Positions 48,279 to 63,365 of a stretch of DNA of 64,000 nt are shown in pieces (the first letter of the stretch is position 1; each line of letters starts with the position of its first letter). The position numbers were made by a program, and so were the translations under genes. This DNA is from Octopus sinensis. Lineage: Eukaryota. The DNA lies in NCBI RefSeq assembly GCF_006345805.1, contig NW_021832537.1:12936-76935 (forward strand). Reading direction: 5' to 3'. A model generated the notes under the pieces. The model had not been told where the DNA came from. It saw only the letters and a list, made by a program, of their open reading frames with translations, and did no database searches.

Positions 48279-51200
48279 TTATCACACACGTGGAGAACTG
48301 AGTAGGATCTTTATAATTACGCAAATCTTGCTGAAAATTTTAAAACGCCAGAATAGAGTAGATAAAAAGGTTTTAGACGAGGTGTAAAAGCGCATATTAT
48401 CCTAAAATATTTCAAACTGATCCCCTGAAAAAATGAGCTCGATTGTTATCACACGCGTGGAGAAATGAGTAGGAATCTTTATAATTACGCAAATCTTGCT
48501 GAAAATTTTAAAACGCCAGAATAGAGTAGATAAAAAGGTTTTAGACGAGCTGTAAAAAGCGCATATTATCGAGAAATATTTCAAACTGATGCCCTGAAAA
48601 AATGAGCTCGATTGTTATCACACGCGTGAAGAACTGAGTAGGGATCTTTATAATTACGCAAATGTTGCTGAAAATTTTAAAACGCCAGAATAGAGTAGAT
48701 AAAAAGGTTTTAGACGAGCTGTAAAAAGCGCATATTATCCAGAAATATTTCAAACTGATCCCCTGAAAAAATGAGCTCAATTGTTATCACACACGTGGAG
48801 AACTGAGTAGGATCTTTATAATTACGCAAATGTTGCTGAAAATTTTAAAACGCCAGAATAGAGTAGATAAAAAGGTTTTAGACGAGCTGTAAAAAGCGCA
48901 TATTATCGAGAAATATTTCAAACTGATGCCCTGAAAAAATGAGCTCGATTGTTATCACACACGTGGAGAACTGAGTAGGGATCTTTATAATTACGCAAAT
49001 CTTGCTGAAAATTTTAAAACGCCAGAATAGAGTAGATAAAAAGGTTTTAGACGAGCTGTAAAAAGCGCATATTATCGAGAAATATTTCAAACTGATGACC
49101 TGAAAAAATGAGCTCGATTGTTATCACACGCGTGAAGAACTGAGTAGGGATCTTTATAATTACGCAAATGTTGCTGAAAAATTTAAAACGCCAGAATAGA
49201 GTAGACAAAAAAGGTTTTAGACGAGCTGTAAAAAGCGCATATTATCAAGAAATATTTCAAACTGATCCCCTGAAAAAATGAGCTCGATTGATATCACACA
49301 CGTGGAGAACTGAGTAGGGATCTTTATAATTACGTAAATCTTGCTGAACAAATTTAAAAGCCAGAATAGAGATAGATAAAAAGGTTTTAACGAGCTGTAT
49401 AACGCATATTATCGAAAATATTTCAAACTGATCCCCTGAAAAAATGAGCTCGATTGTTATCACACGCGTGGAGAACTGAGTAGGGATCTTTATAATTACG
49501 CAAATCTTGCTGAAAAATTTAAAACGCCAGAATAGAGTAGATAAAAAGGTTTTAGACGAGCTGTAAAAACGCATATTATCGAGAAATATTTCAAACTGAT
49601 GACCTGAAAAAATGAGCTCGATTGTTATCACACGCGTGAAGAACTGAGTAGGGATCTTTTAATTACGCAAATGTTGCTGAAAATTTAAAACGCCAGAATA
49701 GAGTAGACAAAAAAGGTTTTAGACGAGCTGTAAAAAGCGCATATTATCAAGAAATATTCAAACTGATCCCCTGAAAATGAGTCTCGATTGTTATACACAC
49801 GCGGGAGAACTGAGTAGGGATCTTTATAATTACGCAAATCTTGCTGAAAAATTTAAAACGCAAGAATAGAGTAGATAAAAAGTTTTAGACGAGGTGTAAA
49901 AGCGCATATTATCCTAAAATATTTCAAACTGATCCCCTGAAAAAATGAGCTCGATTGTTATCACACGCGTGGAGATGATTAGGAATCTTTATAATTACGC
50001 AAATCTTGCTGAAAATTTTAAAACGCCAGAATAGAGTAGATAAAAAGGTTTTAGACGAGCTGAAAAGCGCATATTATCAAGAAATATTTCAAACTGATCC
50101 CCGAAAAAATGAGCTCGATTGATATCACACACGTGGAGAACTGAGTAGGGATCTTATAATTACGCAAATCTTGCTGAAAAATTAAAACGCCAGAATAGAG
50201 TAGATAAAAGGTTGTAGACGAGCTGTAAAAAGCGCATATTATCGAGAAATATTTCAAACTGATGCCCTGAAAAAATGAGCTCGATTGTTATCACACGCGT
50301 GAAGAACTGAGTAGGGATCTTTATAATTACGCAAATGTTGCTGAAAAATTTAAAACGCCAGAATAGAGTAGATAAAAAGGTTTTAGACGAGCTGTAAAAA
50401 GCGCATATTATCAAGAAATATTTCAAACTGATCCCCTGAAAAAATGAGCTCGATTGATATCACACACGTGGAGAACTGAGTAGGGATCTTTATAATTACG
50501 TAAATCTTGCTGAAAAATTTAAAACGCCAGAATAGAGTAGATAAAAAGGTTTTAGACGAGCTGTATAAAGCGCATATTATCCAGAAATATTTCAAACAGA
50601 TCCCCTGAAAAAATGAGCTCGATTGATATCACACACGTGGAGAACTGAGTAGGGATCTTTATAATTACGCAAATCTTGCTGAAAAATTTAAAACGCCAGA
50701 ATAGAGTAGATAAAAAGGTTTTAGACGAGCTGTAAAAAGCGCATATTATCGAGAAAATTTCAAACTGATCCCCTGAAAAAATGAGCTCGATTGTTATCAC
50801 ACGCGTGGAGAACTGAGTAGGGATCTTTATAATTACGCAAATCTTGCTGAAAAATTTAAAACGCAAGAATAGAGTAGATAAAAAGGTTTTAGACGAGGTG
50901 TAAAAGCGCATATTATCCTAAAATATTTCAAACTGATCCCCAGAAAAAATGAGCTCGATTGTTATCACACGCGTGGAGAAATGAGTAGGAATCTTTATAA
51001 TTACGCAAATCTTGCTGAAAAATTTAAAACGCCAGAATAGAGTAGATAAAAAGGTCTTAGACGAGCTGTAAAAAGCGCATATTATCCAGAAATATTTCAA
51101 ACTGATCCGCTGAAAAAATGAGCTCGATTTTTATCACACACGTGAAGAACTGAGTTGGATCTTTATAATTACGCAAATCTTGCTGAAAATTTTAAAACGC

Positions 51201-51689
51201 AAGAATAGAGTAGATAAAAAGGTTTTAGACGAGGTGTAAAAAGCGCATATTATCCTAAAATATTTCAAACTGATCCCCTGAAAAAATGAGCTCGATTGTT
51301 ATCACACGCTTGAAGAACTGAGTAGGGATCTTTATAATTACGCAAATGTTGCTGAAAAATTTAAAACGCAAGAATAGAGTAGATAAAAGGTTTTAGACGA
51401 GCTGTAAAAAGCGCATATTATCCTAAAATATTTCAAACTGACCCCTGAAAAAATGAGCTCGATTGTTATCACCACACGTGGAGAACTGAGTAGGGATCTT
51501 TATAATTACGCAAATCTTGCTGAAAATTTTAAAACGCCAGAATAGAGTAGATAAAAGGTTTTAAACGAGCTGTAAAAAGCGCATATTATCCTAAAATATT
51601 TCAAAATGATCCCCTGAAAAATGAGCTCAATTGTTATCACACACACACACGGAGAACTGAGTAGGGATCTTTATAATTACGCAAATCTT
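48279..51689 (+). repeat. 169-bp satellite, right block (about 20 monomers)
   Basis: Same monomer, resuming in register after the hAT. Several monomers at about 49.2-50.2 kb carry single-base indels. Confidence 0.97.
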
Positions 51690-53119
51690 ATGTTCTCTTC
51701 TTGATTGTGCTCGACCATTATTTTCTCCGGGGTTTTTTTACACGACTAATGTAGAATCGAGTTTCTTTTTGAATAAATAACTTTCAATGTTTCAATCTAG
51801 TCGCATCCAAGCATTTTTAGGTCATTTTGTATGTATAATGGCAGGGCTGTGCTAGTCTGTCTCAAAAGCAACCGATGCTTAGAAAGTATTATTCTATGAA
51901 ACACCCATTGCGGCTCCCGCAAAAAGAAATTATTGGATTAAAAATTTTTTAATAATTGTTATAAAATTGAATTCCAATTCCTGTTACCGTTGTGGATATC
52001 TTTTCAAAGTCGAGGATCCATTCTTCCGCCGCGAACCCTTGTTCGGCTGCAAACCACGCCGAAAAGATCAAAATACAAATATTCTTCGCTCGCGGACGGC
52101 TACCGCGTTACGCCAATGGCCCTGGAGACCTCTGGAGCTGCGGGAAAGGAGACTGACTCGTTCCTCAACGAGGTCGGGCAGTCCATTGGGAGGAGGCTCA
52201 AGGACACGAGAGAGGGCCTCTGTTTCGCGCCAGCGCATCGGTCTGGCCATTGTTCGCGGCAACGTACACTGCGTCCTTGCCGCAGGGACTTAACGCTTTT
52301 TCTTCTATCTCTTTGTTTGAAAAAATTAAACAGTAAAAAAATTCATCCACTTGGAAATTGTCTAATGTCTGTTGTGCGTAAACAATATCGTACTATAGCA
52401 CACGAAAATAGGGATTCAAAAAGAATAGGAGGAACGTTTTTTATGATTCAAAAGAATGGAAAAGTACATTGCTTATATGTTATGCGACGGTAAAATCGTT
52501 AAAACCTTCTCTGTCAAAGGACATTATAATCTTCACAAATCAATTATAATATTTATCAAGGCGATTCTATAAAAAAGAGTAGATTTTTTAAAATCTGAAT
52601 ACGCAAAACGATCATCATCTTTGGATGTGGCGCCACATCCATACTGACGGCGGAATTTTTAAGGAAGTTATTGCAATTTTTGCTAAAGAATGTTGTTCTC
52701 GAAATACAAAAGATATACTAAAAAATTAACACTCAGCAATGATCCAGTTGCTAAAAGAATTGAATCTATATCAGATAGTATTCAGCACAAGATATTAAGT
52801 AATTTTATCCAATGACTATTTTTAGAGGGAAAAGTTCGCATACTTTTCATTTGCCATTGAGTGTTCTAAAGATATTACTGACGCACGAACAATTAATTTT
52901 GTCTATAATAGGAGTTTGAAATTTATGAAGAATTTCTTTCCTTATGTTTTTTTCACCATAAAACCAAAGGGATAGATATGTTTTAAGAAATTGTCGAGTA
53001 ATTAAAGATAAAAACTTGAACTCTTCAAGATTCATTTCCGTGGCAACTGACGAAAAAATGTGATTTTCAAACGCAAAAGAGGTTCAGATTTTAGTATTAG
53101 TAAAGGTTTTCCAAGTGTG

Positions 53120-56100
53120 TACACTTAATCTCTCTATATTACCACGAAAAAAACCAAATATTTCATGGCAATAAGCGGGTTGGCATTATAACGCGACCCC
53201 GCTAAAAAATAATAAACATAAAACATTTAATATTTATTAAAAAACTCCATAATCGTTGACTGTCTATAACTATTTTTAGACAATCCCTTTTAGTAAAGTC
53301 TTCTTCATCACTGAAATTGATTCTTCGAAGTGTAGACAGCATTTGGTCTTCTTCATTATGTCAGTATGTTTTAGCATTACTTTCCACCGAAACATATTCA
53401 TCGACATTCATCTCATCATTCATATTCAATGTTGAAATCAATTGATTCAATAGATTTTGATCAACAATTTCTTTTCTCGAATTCTCTGTGTTATAAGTTT
53501 AAACATGACAAATCTTGGTTTGCCTCCAGCAGTTTTTAATTGTTTCTTCTTTTACGCTCTCCCATGATTTTCCAACAAAACGTATTGCATCATCCAACCC
53601 AATATGCGAATTGTTACTTATTTCAAGTTGGTTAATAATATGTTTTAGCTGTGGTTTTCGGTAATGTGTTTTAAAACTATGTATTATTCCGGAATCCAAT
53701 GGTTTTGACTTGTTAGAGGAAAAAAATGCACTTCAACATTCAATAACGTCTGAATAATGTGACATGGACAGTTGTCCATAATTAAAAGAATTTTTCTCCC
53801 ACAGCATTTCATTTGATTATCCAACTCCTTTATCCAATCTTGAAATATCATTGATGTGATCCATGATTTAGTATTAAATCTGTAATTCGAATATCTTAAT
53901 AATAAAATGGTATGGTGTGTGTCTGTCTGTCTGTGTGTGCACACCAACTTCAAATTGGCAAAGTACAGATAAATTGTCAAAATCTTTCCCCCTTATAATT
54001 ACCCAATAATGGGGAACAAGCTTAAAATCATGAACTCCTCCAAGAATCTTCCACCCTACGATGTCCTCGACTTACATGATGAGGTCTTTAAAACCTTCCC
54101 CCAAAAAAAATTAAAAAAAAATTTTCTGCATTTTGGTTAAAATGAACAACTACGATGTCCTCGACATTCATGATGAGGTACTTAAAACCTTCCCCCCCCA
54201 AAAAAAATTAAAAAAAAATTTTCTGCATTTTGGTTAAAATGAACAACTACGATGTCCTCGACTTACATGGTGAGGTCCTTAAAACCTTCCCCCAAAAAAA
54301 ATTAAAAAAACATTTTCTGCATTTTGGTTAAAATGAACAACTACAATGTCCTCGACTTACATGATGAGGACCTTAAAACCTTCCCCTCAAAAAAAAATTA
54401 AAAAAAAATTTTCTGCATTTTGGTTAAAATGAACAACTACGATGTCCTCGACTTACATGATGAGGTCCTTGAAACCTTCCCGCCAAAAAATCAAGAAATT
54501 ATTTTCTGCATTTGATTAAAATGAACAACGTTAATGTCCTCGACATTCATGATGAGGTCCATTAAAACCTTCGAGGCAAAAATCTCACGTATTAAGAATA
54601 TCCTTGATGAAAATGACAGCGAGAATATTAACAATGATGAACTCCCAATTATTCGCGATAAAGAAATTCAATTCATCCTATGATTTTCTCTTTAAAATTA
54701 AATGCATATATCATTATCGATCATGAATCAAAATTAAAGCTATTATCATATTTGACTTTGACAGAATGTGCAATTACAGATTGCACGACCTTGAATAGAG
54801 TGTGCAATTAACAGATTTTGAAAAACACTTTGATAGTTGAAACCACATTAGCACAATCATTAACACAATTTACCACCAATTGACAGCGCAATCAGAAGAA
54901 TTTGCGTAAAAATATTAACTATTTAGTTAAGTTTTTCGTAAAGATAGAATTTATTTTCGGTATGCCTCTTTTCCTAAACTTTTTTAAAAAATAATTTTTT
55001 CAATCCGAGGTGCAGCCACGACACTTAATTAGCTGATTTAATTATTCTTAATATTTTTTAAATTTCAGTTAAACTATTTTTTCAATAGATAACCGAAGGA
55101 GGGAAGACGACCTTAAGAAAAGAAGTTTTTCGTAAAGATAGAATTTATTTTCTGTATCCTCTTTTTTCCTAATATTTTTTATTATTCAAAAATAATTTTT
55201 TAAATAGATAACCGAAGGAGGAAAAACGAAGCTGAAGAAAAAACGGTCAGCTTAAGGTAATTAAATCTTTTTTGTGTGTCGCTTTTTTGGCTGCTGCTAC
55301 TCTGCCTGCCGCATTTCCGCCAGTGGTTTGTCTAATCAAGGTCACTAAGCTAAATCTCCGGACTATAAAGGCTCTTAAGCATTATCTTAACTGGCTGTTA
55401 CAAAAATTAGACAGGTTGTTGCCGTGGCGGCAGAGATTTTTTTTGTTTATACTTTTTTAACAAATTTTTAAAGTTTTTTTTTGTTTTTTCATTTCTTTTG
55501 TTTTTAAATTATTTATTTTTATTTGTTTTTTTTTATTTTTTTTGTTATTTTCTACAAATTCAACCGGATTGAATTTTTAAACTCCTTAGATCCCTCTGGA
55601 ATGCCGAATCATCTTTTAAAGTTAAAGATAGACGTTCCAGTGGTTTTATTACGAAATTTTGCGCCACCTAAATTATGCAACGGAACGAGGTTAGTTATCA
55701 AAAATTTGATGGCTAACGTAATAGAGGCGACGATATTAACAGGTAAGTATAGAGGTGAGGATGTTTATATTCCACGAATTCCGATAATTTCTGATGAATT
55801 ACCATTTAGATTTAAAAGGCTGCAATTTCCTTTGAGGATGAGTTTTGCAATGACAATAAACAAGGCCCAGGGACAGTCATTAAAGATAGTTGGGTTATTT
55901 TTAGAGAGTGAGTGCTTTTCACATGGACAGCTGTATGTGGGATGCTCGAGGGTAGGCAGAAGAGAAAATTTATTCATATATGCCAAGGAAGGACGGACGA
56001 CAAACATCGTTTATTGGCGTGGCAATAACTGAGTGGCGGGGTTTGGCATTATTAAGAGGAATTCAAAGAAGAACCAAAAATGACGTGGCAATATGCGGGG

Positions 56101-56142
56101 TGGCATTATAAGGGGATGACTTTATAGAGGGGTTTAAGTGTA
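53120..56142 (-). mobile_element. Duplicate of the pogo/Tigger composite (transposase 53499-53980, 95-bp array about 54056-54575, Helitron fragment about 55559-56015)
   Basis: Matches 25602-28623 with a few substitutions and indels. Confidence 0.7.
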
Positions 56143-56323
56143 TTAGACATTGTGCAATAGAGGGTCGTCACGACCCTAACCTATCTACAGAACTGGTTGA
56201 TTTGAATTTATAATTTCTAATCGAAATTTTCATTTCCTTTAATTTAGAAATATAATTACATTGCAAAAATGATTATAAACTTGGCTACATTTCAAAATTT
56301 ATTTGTTTATTTCAGAAAAATAA

Positions 56324-59090
56324 TTAATAAATTGTTTTTAGTGTTGGCAAAAAAATAATTTTATTCCATTCCACTCTATAGTTTAAAATCCAAAAAATCC
56401 AAAAAAATGCTAATGAAAATATGTTAATAACTTGATAGTATGCAACATCAAATGTATATTTCATTACGAGGGTTGGGTAAATGTTCAAATTGCAACCTTT
56501 TTTTATCATTAATGAAACTGATGCCGCACACTAAATTAAAATTATCATAAAAAATACATGAATATGTGAAAGGATCGCTAGAATGCAATAATACTTAAAC
56601 AGCTTTTCATAAACTGTTTCATCTACGTTATCCGATGGCGTTATATTGAATGGAAGCAAAACACTTTTAAAAATACAAAATGACGACATTTGAATGAAGT
56701 TTAAAAGAACTATTAAAATTATAATACTACAAATTTAAACCTGCCAGTGTGTAATAATCTCCACGCAATAGGAAAGCCGAGGCGCTCCAATGTATTTCAG
56801 TAAGTGAATGGTTGTTTCCAATCAAATAATGGAACATCAAGTTTAGGAAATACCAAAATGATAAATAAAAAAAGTCGTTGTTTAACTCGTGAAAAGTATT
56901 GTGAGTAGTACAATCCCGAGGTTTGTTGGTTATATGAGAAAAATAAACATATAGTATCAGAAAGTAAATTATAAATGCCAGCATATGTAATATATTGTTA
57001 GAATATATACACAAAATTACTATAATAAAAGCAATAGATTTGTAGTGGGAACTTTTCTCTTGATTGAATAATTTATTTGGTGTGATATAAGAATAAATAA
57101 AAACCAAAGCGGCCAATAATGTTGAAAAATAAAATAAAAATGAAAAGAAACGTTGTCTGATAAAGCTCAGTTGAAGATATTCTTTAAAATAATACAAGTA
57201 AGTGGTAAAAAAAATAATCATGAAACAAACTGAAGATGAAAAAAAAAATTTTAATAGTTTGCTAGATGTCTCTAACGTTATGATAAAGTAATATCCAATT
57301 GATAAAAAAATTAGCATTGTTGTATATACTATAATTGTTTGATTTGTGTTCAATACGGAAAGTTCCCTTGAGAAAAGATTACCATTAACTGACCACGTGG
57401 TAAATCGATAACAAGCAGCGAAAAGTATAGAAAATAATATAGTCGTGAGCAAAAGCATTAGGAAATACAAATTATTTAAATTTGTATTAAACAAGACGAC
57501 TAAGATGAGTGAAATTATAGCCAAACACATTGAGCTAAAAGCGTTAATTTCGACAAAAAATAGGAAAAAAAATATTAAACATCCCCATATAATTGCTACA
57601 ATTAAACCAAGATTAATTTTGAATTGCTTAATAACGGAAATAGTGAGCAGTACAAATATGCAAATGCTTGATGGAACAAAAAAAGACGAAGGAAGATAAG
57701 ATTGGAAATAAACTAAAATACCGATTAATAGACATCGAAGCGTAGAAGGGACAAATTTGTTATCGGTAATACAAATTATCGGATAAATAAGATATAATGA
57801 ATAAATAAAGCATTGAATTGTTATTTGAGTATCACAAATTCTCCATTTCTTGTAAATTGATTTCTTGGTTTCATTCATAAAACGATAATATAAATTGGAT
57901 GCTTCTGAATAATTTTTTGATAAATATTGAAATTCTGCTTCTTTTATATACTTTGATATTATTTCTTTTGCCTGGAGAGACTCATAAAATGTCAAAATTT
58001 GTAAAGCATTATTTCTGATAATATCAATATTCTAAAATATATGTTGATCGTATAAAGACAATACTTTTCCTGGGTTTGTAAGTTCATTAATTACCGAACC
58101 AAGATTCTGAAAAGGGATTGGAACACCAAGTAAAGCTGCCAATGTTGGAGTAAAACTATCCTGCTCAATTTGATTTAATTCAGTCTACGATTATTTAATA
58201 CATAATAATCTTACTGTTGAATAGTGATTTGCAGAAAGATTTTTTTTACTGTAAACAAATAAAGCAGTTTTTTCTTCTCCTTCCCCATCTCCGTGAGATC
58301 CATTAGGAACTGATCCATGATCGCCAAATACAAATAAAATTGTCTCATTGTCAATGACGGATTTAATTTTGCTAAAATAAATAGAAAAAGTATTATACCC
58401 AATAAATTTATTATAAAACTGAAGACGGTCTCTTATCGAAGGATGATTTAGACCTACGAGGTGATAAAGATGGTCCATTCCAAGGAAATGAGCAACATAG
58501 ATGTCACCTTCATTATTTTCTACCATGGTTGGTAAATTATCGTCAATGAGATTGTCGATAGTATAAATATCGTCAAGATCGTTGTCGTTAGTGTGCGTTT
58601 TTGCAGAGAAATGATTATTATACATATTTACAAGAGATACACCACCGACATAGACAATTTTTTTGTGATTAATATTTAGTTGGTTGAATATGTTATCTTC
58701 TACAAAACCGTAGTCCATCCAACTATGCCAGAATCCTGTAAAAATTGAATACAAACGATTAATAGTCATCGATGGAAACGGAGCCTCAAATGAATATAGA
58801 CGTGTATTATATGGTTCATTTATTTGCATTTTATATAGATTTGTAAGCTGATTAAGATATGTTGCTTCCCTAGAACTGTTTGTTACTACAGAGTCGAGAC
58901 GTAGTCCATCAATTATTATAATCACTGCTTTTGAAAATTTGCCCTTAAGATCCGATTTTTTGCTTATTCCATACAAGTTCCCTCTTCTTTGAGTATTTAC
59001 AGTCTGGCAGTGAATTATATTCAGATAGTTTATATAAATAAAGAATGATAGCAATATCCACCTTATTAGTATATTAATAACACTCTCCAT
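56324..59090 (-). CDS. PIGO: PIG-O-like GPI ethanolamine-phosphate transferase (copy 3, apparently identical to copy 2)
   Basis: Translated ORFs are identical to those at 28805-31571. Confidence 0.8.
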
Positions 59091-59298
59091 TCGAGTTTAA
59101 ATGGGTATAGCGGGAAAATTGTATATTTAAACCGCAGTTCACGAACGAGCTTGAAATTTTGCGGTTCGAAAATTTCTCATTTCCATTCTGAATCTTTAAG
59201 AAGATTATTGGATTTCAATTTATTATGATTAAACTTATGCTTTCTGAATATCGGATGCCATAAAAATTACCTGTAAAATTTGTTTCATAATTCTGCAG

Positions 59299-61419
59299 GA
59301 CATAATTAAAATTATTCCGGCTCTGGAGAAAGTCGGCCTTAGTTTAAATTTCTCTAAATGTGAAATCTCTAACTTCGGGTGCTCGCAATCTACCTTCCAA
59401 GATGCCGTTTTCTCATTCCGTGATCTTATCCCGGGAGTGCAATCTATTCATATTGACGAACTTTCTATCCTGGGAGCCCCGGTGGCTGGCAATTCTATTG
59501 ATATGGCCCTACGCAAAAAGGAGTTCTTTCTCGAGGCAGTTTTTGAACGTATCAAACAGTTGGACTCACACACAGCATTATTCCTTTTACGAAATTGCTT
59601 TCTTATTTGCTACGCTCTTCTCTGTGTTTTGCTTTTCCAGAGAGATTTTCCGCCATTGACCACCTTATCTGTACTTGTACTCAAAACATATGCAATTCCC
59701 CCTTTGACGATAGGGATTGGAGACAGGCAACCCTCCTCGGGAGGTGGAATAGCTTTTTCAGCGGTTCTCGATCGCCGTTATCTTAGGGAACAGTTTGGTC
59801 CTCCTTTCGAATAATCTTTTATCACTTTTGCTTGAAATAAAAAAAATAAACTATCTTAAATGTACCAATTTCTAAATTTTCCAATTCTCAGATTTACCAA
59901 TTTAAAAAATTTTTTTTAATTTATTAGAAATTTTCTAATTTCGGAATTTGTCACTGTTTTTTCGAAATTTAACAAAAATGACTAAAATTTGCACTTAAGA
60001 TCCTTTCAATTTTGACTTTAGTAATTGCATATTTCCGACAAAACAAGTAAACAAACTGTTATTTTTCCTGAAATATTAGCTTTTGAGGTTTTTTCCACAA
60101 TGGGTTGCTAAGAAACCGTGGCTTTTTAGCTTTTCATACCTCTGGTTAAAAAGAACAAATTCATTTCTTGAATTCTGAAATATACTGCCTCACATCTAGG
60201 AGAAATAATTTGTTTCCAAAGCCAACTGCTCGGAGTTTTTACAGCTATATCTTTATGCATTTAAATACTAGGGAATGCAAAAAAATGGATTTGATCATCT
60301 TCAATGACAAACTCATCTGGACAGTTTTAATTGACTTCTCACAGATACTGTTTTTTCTCAATAGATTATTCAAAAGCTAGAAATCCTGAGATTTTTGATT
60401 ATTGCCATTTGTTTTAATTGATTGAAGAATCCCTGACCTCCAATGACATACTTAAAAAATTCTCCCTAAACATCTTTCAAGATTTTTTCTATATAAATAA
60501 AGTCTTTTTTGTATGCCGGCTATCGTTGATATCAAACATGTTTATTATGTAAGATTGAAAACGTTGCTTTAATTTTCAGATAATTTATTCTCTGAACTTT
60601 CAAAGCGGTACGTAGATTATTAACCCAAATTGTAATTAATAGTTATTCAGATTCCGTTTCCGTTATTTGTAGTGTTTTATTCCATCAACCTCAACTTCTT
60701 AGGGCCCACGTTTAGTGCACGGATAAGCAGATTCATGTCGTTTAGTGCATGTTATCAACGCGCAGTCTAGATTCAGGGGCTACCTCTTCAAAAGACATCG
60801 ATAACCCGTGCCTTGTCTCGGCTTGCATGCTTTCTAAGGTCTTCCGCAGCACCAGTGTCTAGATGTATGCCTTCACCCTGTCCTCCACGCTAAGCACCGC
60901 CAGATGGTTTAAAAAAATTTGACACTATTACGTCCCAGGTCATGACGACAGATACGATCTTTACCTTCACCCGGTGAATCGCTCCCAGTTCATTTGCCAG
61001 CAAGTCGTATTTGTGGAACTTTTCCACTTCGACCTGCTTGAGACAATTCTGTGAAGTGATCCCCACCTCGATAGGAGTAATTGTGTTGCATGAACAAATA
61101 TGTCTGGCATGTTATTCGGAATAGCATTATCAGTCGGGAGGTTTGTATCGACTCGGATTTCTACAAATTCATTGGTGATAACGGATTGGACTAAATGGGT
61201 TTTTAATTTTTTTGACTTTTTAATTCCATATTGGCGACATAGATGTAAATGCAAGCATTTGAACACTTCGTTATAGCGTCTAAGGTAGGGACCATTAAGC
61301 ATTCGCCCACATCTGGTAGCAAGGTGATCGACGGTCTTCTTGGATGAGTTGCAGCAGCATTTATTCTTTCCGTTGCTAAAAAACAAGTTTCGGGCTTGCA
61401 AAAGGCACAGATTTGCTTC
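59299..61419. mobile_element. Duplicates of the CRE RT fragment (about 59299-59809, +) and the R4/Dong-like fragment (about 60759-61419, -)
   Basis: ORFs are identical to 31918..32295 and 33448..33882. Confidence 0.7.
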
Positions 61420-61512
61420 AGTCCAGGAAGAATAGAATCGTCTTCTATTTAGTTCATAACACCAATAATTATAAATTTTTATATTTTTAATTGTAAAAAA
61501 TTGTTTCTATAG

Positions 61513-63365
61513 AAACAGATCATTTTTTTGCAGTAATTAAAAAAATAGAATTGGATTTCCGAATAGCCACGTCATTTGGAAAAATGAAATCTTTTAAATT
61601 GGTATAATTATGTGTATTTATTTAAATTTTAGATTGACGAAAATAGATTAAATAAAGAGTGTTTTCTTATTAGAAGAGCTTTAAAAGCTCAAGTTGAACA
61701 TCATGAAAACGGCAAATCTCAAATTTGCTCAAAATCTACTAATAATCCTGAAAAACCAAATGAAAAAAAGGTTTCGTTTGAGAAACATAAACGAAGTATT
61801 CGTATTTTAATATTTCTTTTAGATTTGTCACCTCCAGTTCGTGATTGTCAATCGGAAAAATCAATAAAGCTTTTTTCTTTAAAACTTTTGGATAAACTGA
61901 CAAACAAATTGTGTATTTTAATCGAATTTGTCAAAAATACTGATCAAAGTATTTTTTGGGAAATTAACTTATTAACAGTTTCCAGAAATGCAACAAAATC
62001 GTTAGCTTTTAGTGATGTTCAGTCTGAAAACAAACGAACACGTCTGGACAGTTACATAACTCGCTTTCAAATAAAACTTATTATTTTATTTCAACAGTTT
62101 GAAAATATCGAAATGATACCCGTTTTTTTCTTAAAGTAACATAATAGAACTGTAATGATTTAAATGATTTGATTCTTGTTCTCAGAGGAACCGTTCGTCT
62201 GTTAGATGAACTTATAATTGCTTTACATGGAAATTACATTGGAGGCCCAATTGATCACCGAATTGATAATATTGTTGTTTTATCCAGAAAAATTTTCATT
62301 TACTGTGAAACCGTTCCATTGCTTGCCTATGATATGACTTACAGCATTTCAGTTATTACAAAACTAGAGGTTTCACGATTTAAATAGCACGTAAATTCTT
62401 AGGAATTACTAAAACTCAGAGATGTTTATTTTTCACGTTGTTTTTATTATTCTGAAATAGTAGAGCAAAAAATGTTTGGAGTTCATATTAAGAAAAATAT
62501 TTCAAATTCAAAAATAAAAATCTGGAAAAACAAAGTAATCACATTCCATTGACTTTAATAATTCAGAAACTAGAAAATCAAAAAAAAGTTCGAACTATGC
62601 AAACAGAAATATCGAGTATTTCAAAGAGCCACATACCAAAACACGATGTAGCCATGTTTTATAAATTTGTACTAATTTGATTTATAGAATGGCTAAAGTA
62701 GAAACTAAAAAGGTTCTGAAAACATAAATTATTTGATAGATACTTCCAGGAAAAACTAGCCACTTACCAGAGACTAAAATCCAAAATCCATACAATATTT
62801 ATAGTGAAAATTCTTTAAAAAAAACAACTAACATTCTTGAAAGATTAGAAAAAATGGAATTAAATTGCAAAAACATTAGAAATAGATGGGCTCCTGTCAA
62901 ATGCTTTGCAAAATCACCTTGTGAGCCCAATACATTTGTTCAACCTGTTGAGAAAAAAACAAATTTGAGCTTATCTAAAACTAAGCTACTGGCACCTAAC
63001 GCATCCTCTCTGTCATCTATTCTAGAATATAAAGACAAGTTCGATGCATATTTATCCGAGATTAACTACTTTTCAATAAGTGATAACGTTTCTCCATGGA
63101 CTTTAACATCGAGGTATGTTTTATATTTAATATTTTAGAATATGCGATAAAATATGGAATGGATGTATTAATCATATTACCTGTGAAATAAGCGATATGT
63201 TAGACGATGCGATTCTAGATGAAATAGGGGCTGAATTAGGATTTCCAGTTGATAAAGTATATTTCTTCATTAAATTTTTAGTTATTTGAACCTGCGGAAA
63301 TTGAGGATGATATAATCGATAGAGATATGTTAGGCATTCCTGGCTTTTATTCAAATATTAATTAA
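61513..63365 (+). CDS. Duplicate of the Moonraker-like multi-exon gene
   Basis: Apparently identical to 33994-35846 at offset 27519. Confidence 0.4.

Noticed and set aside
45382-51100. Many similar minus-strand ORFs (MKYFSIICAFYSSSK...) as a repeat-protein family
   Set aside because: They are translations of the 169-bp satellite. The unit is not a multiple of 3 and frames break at random.
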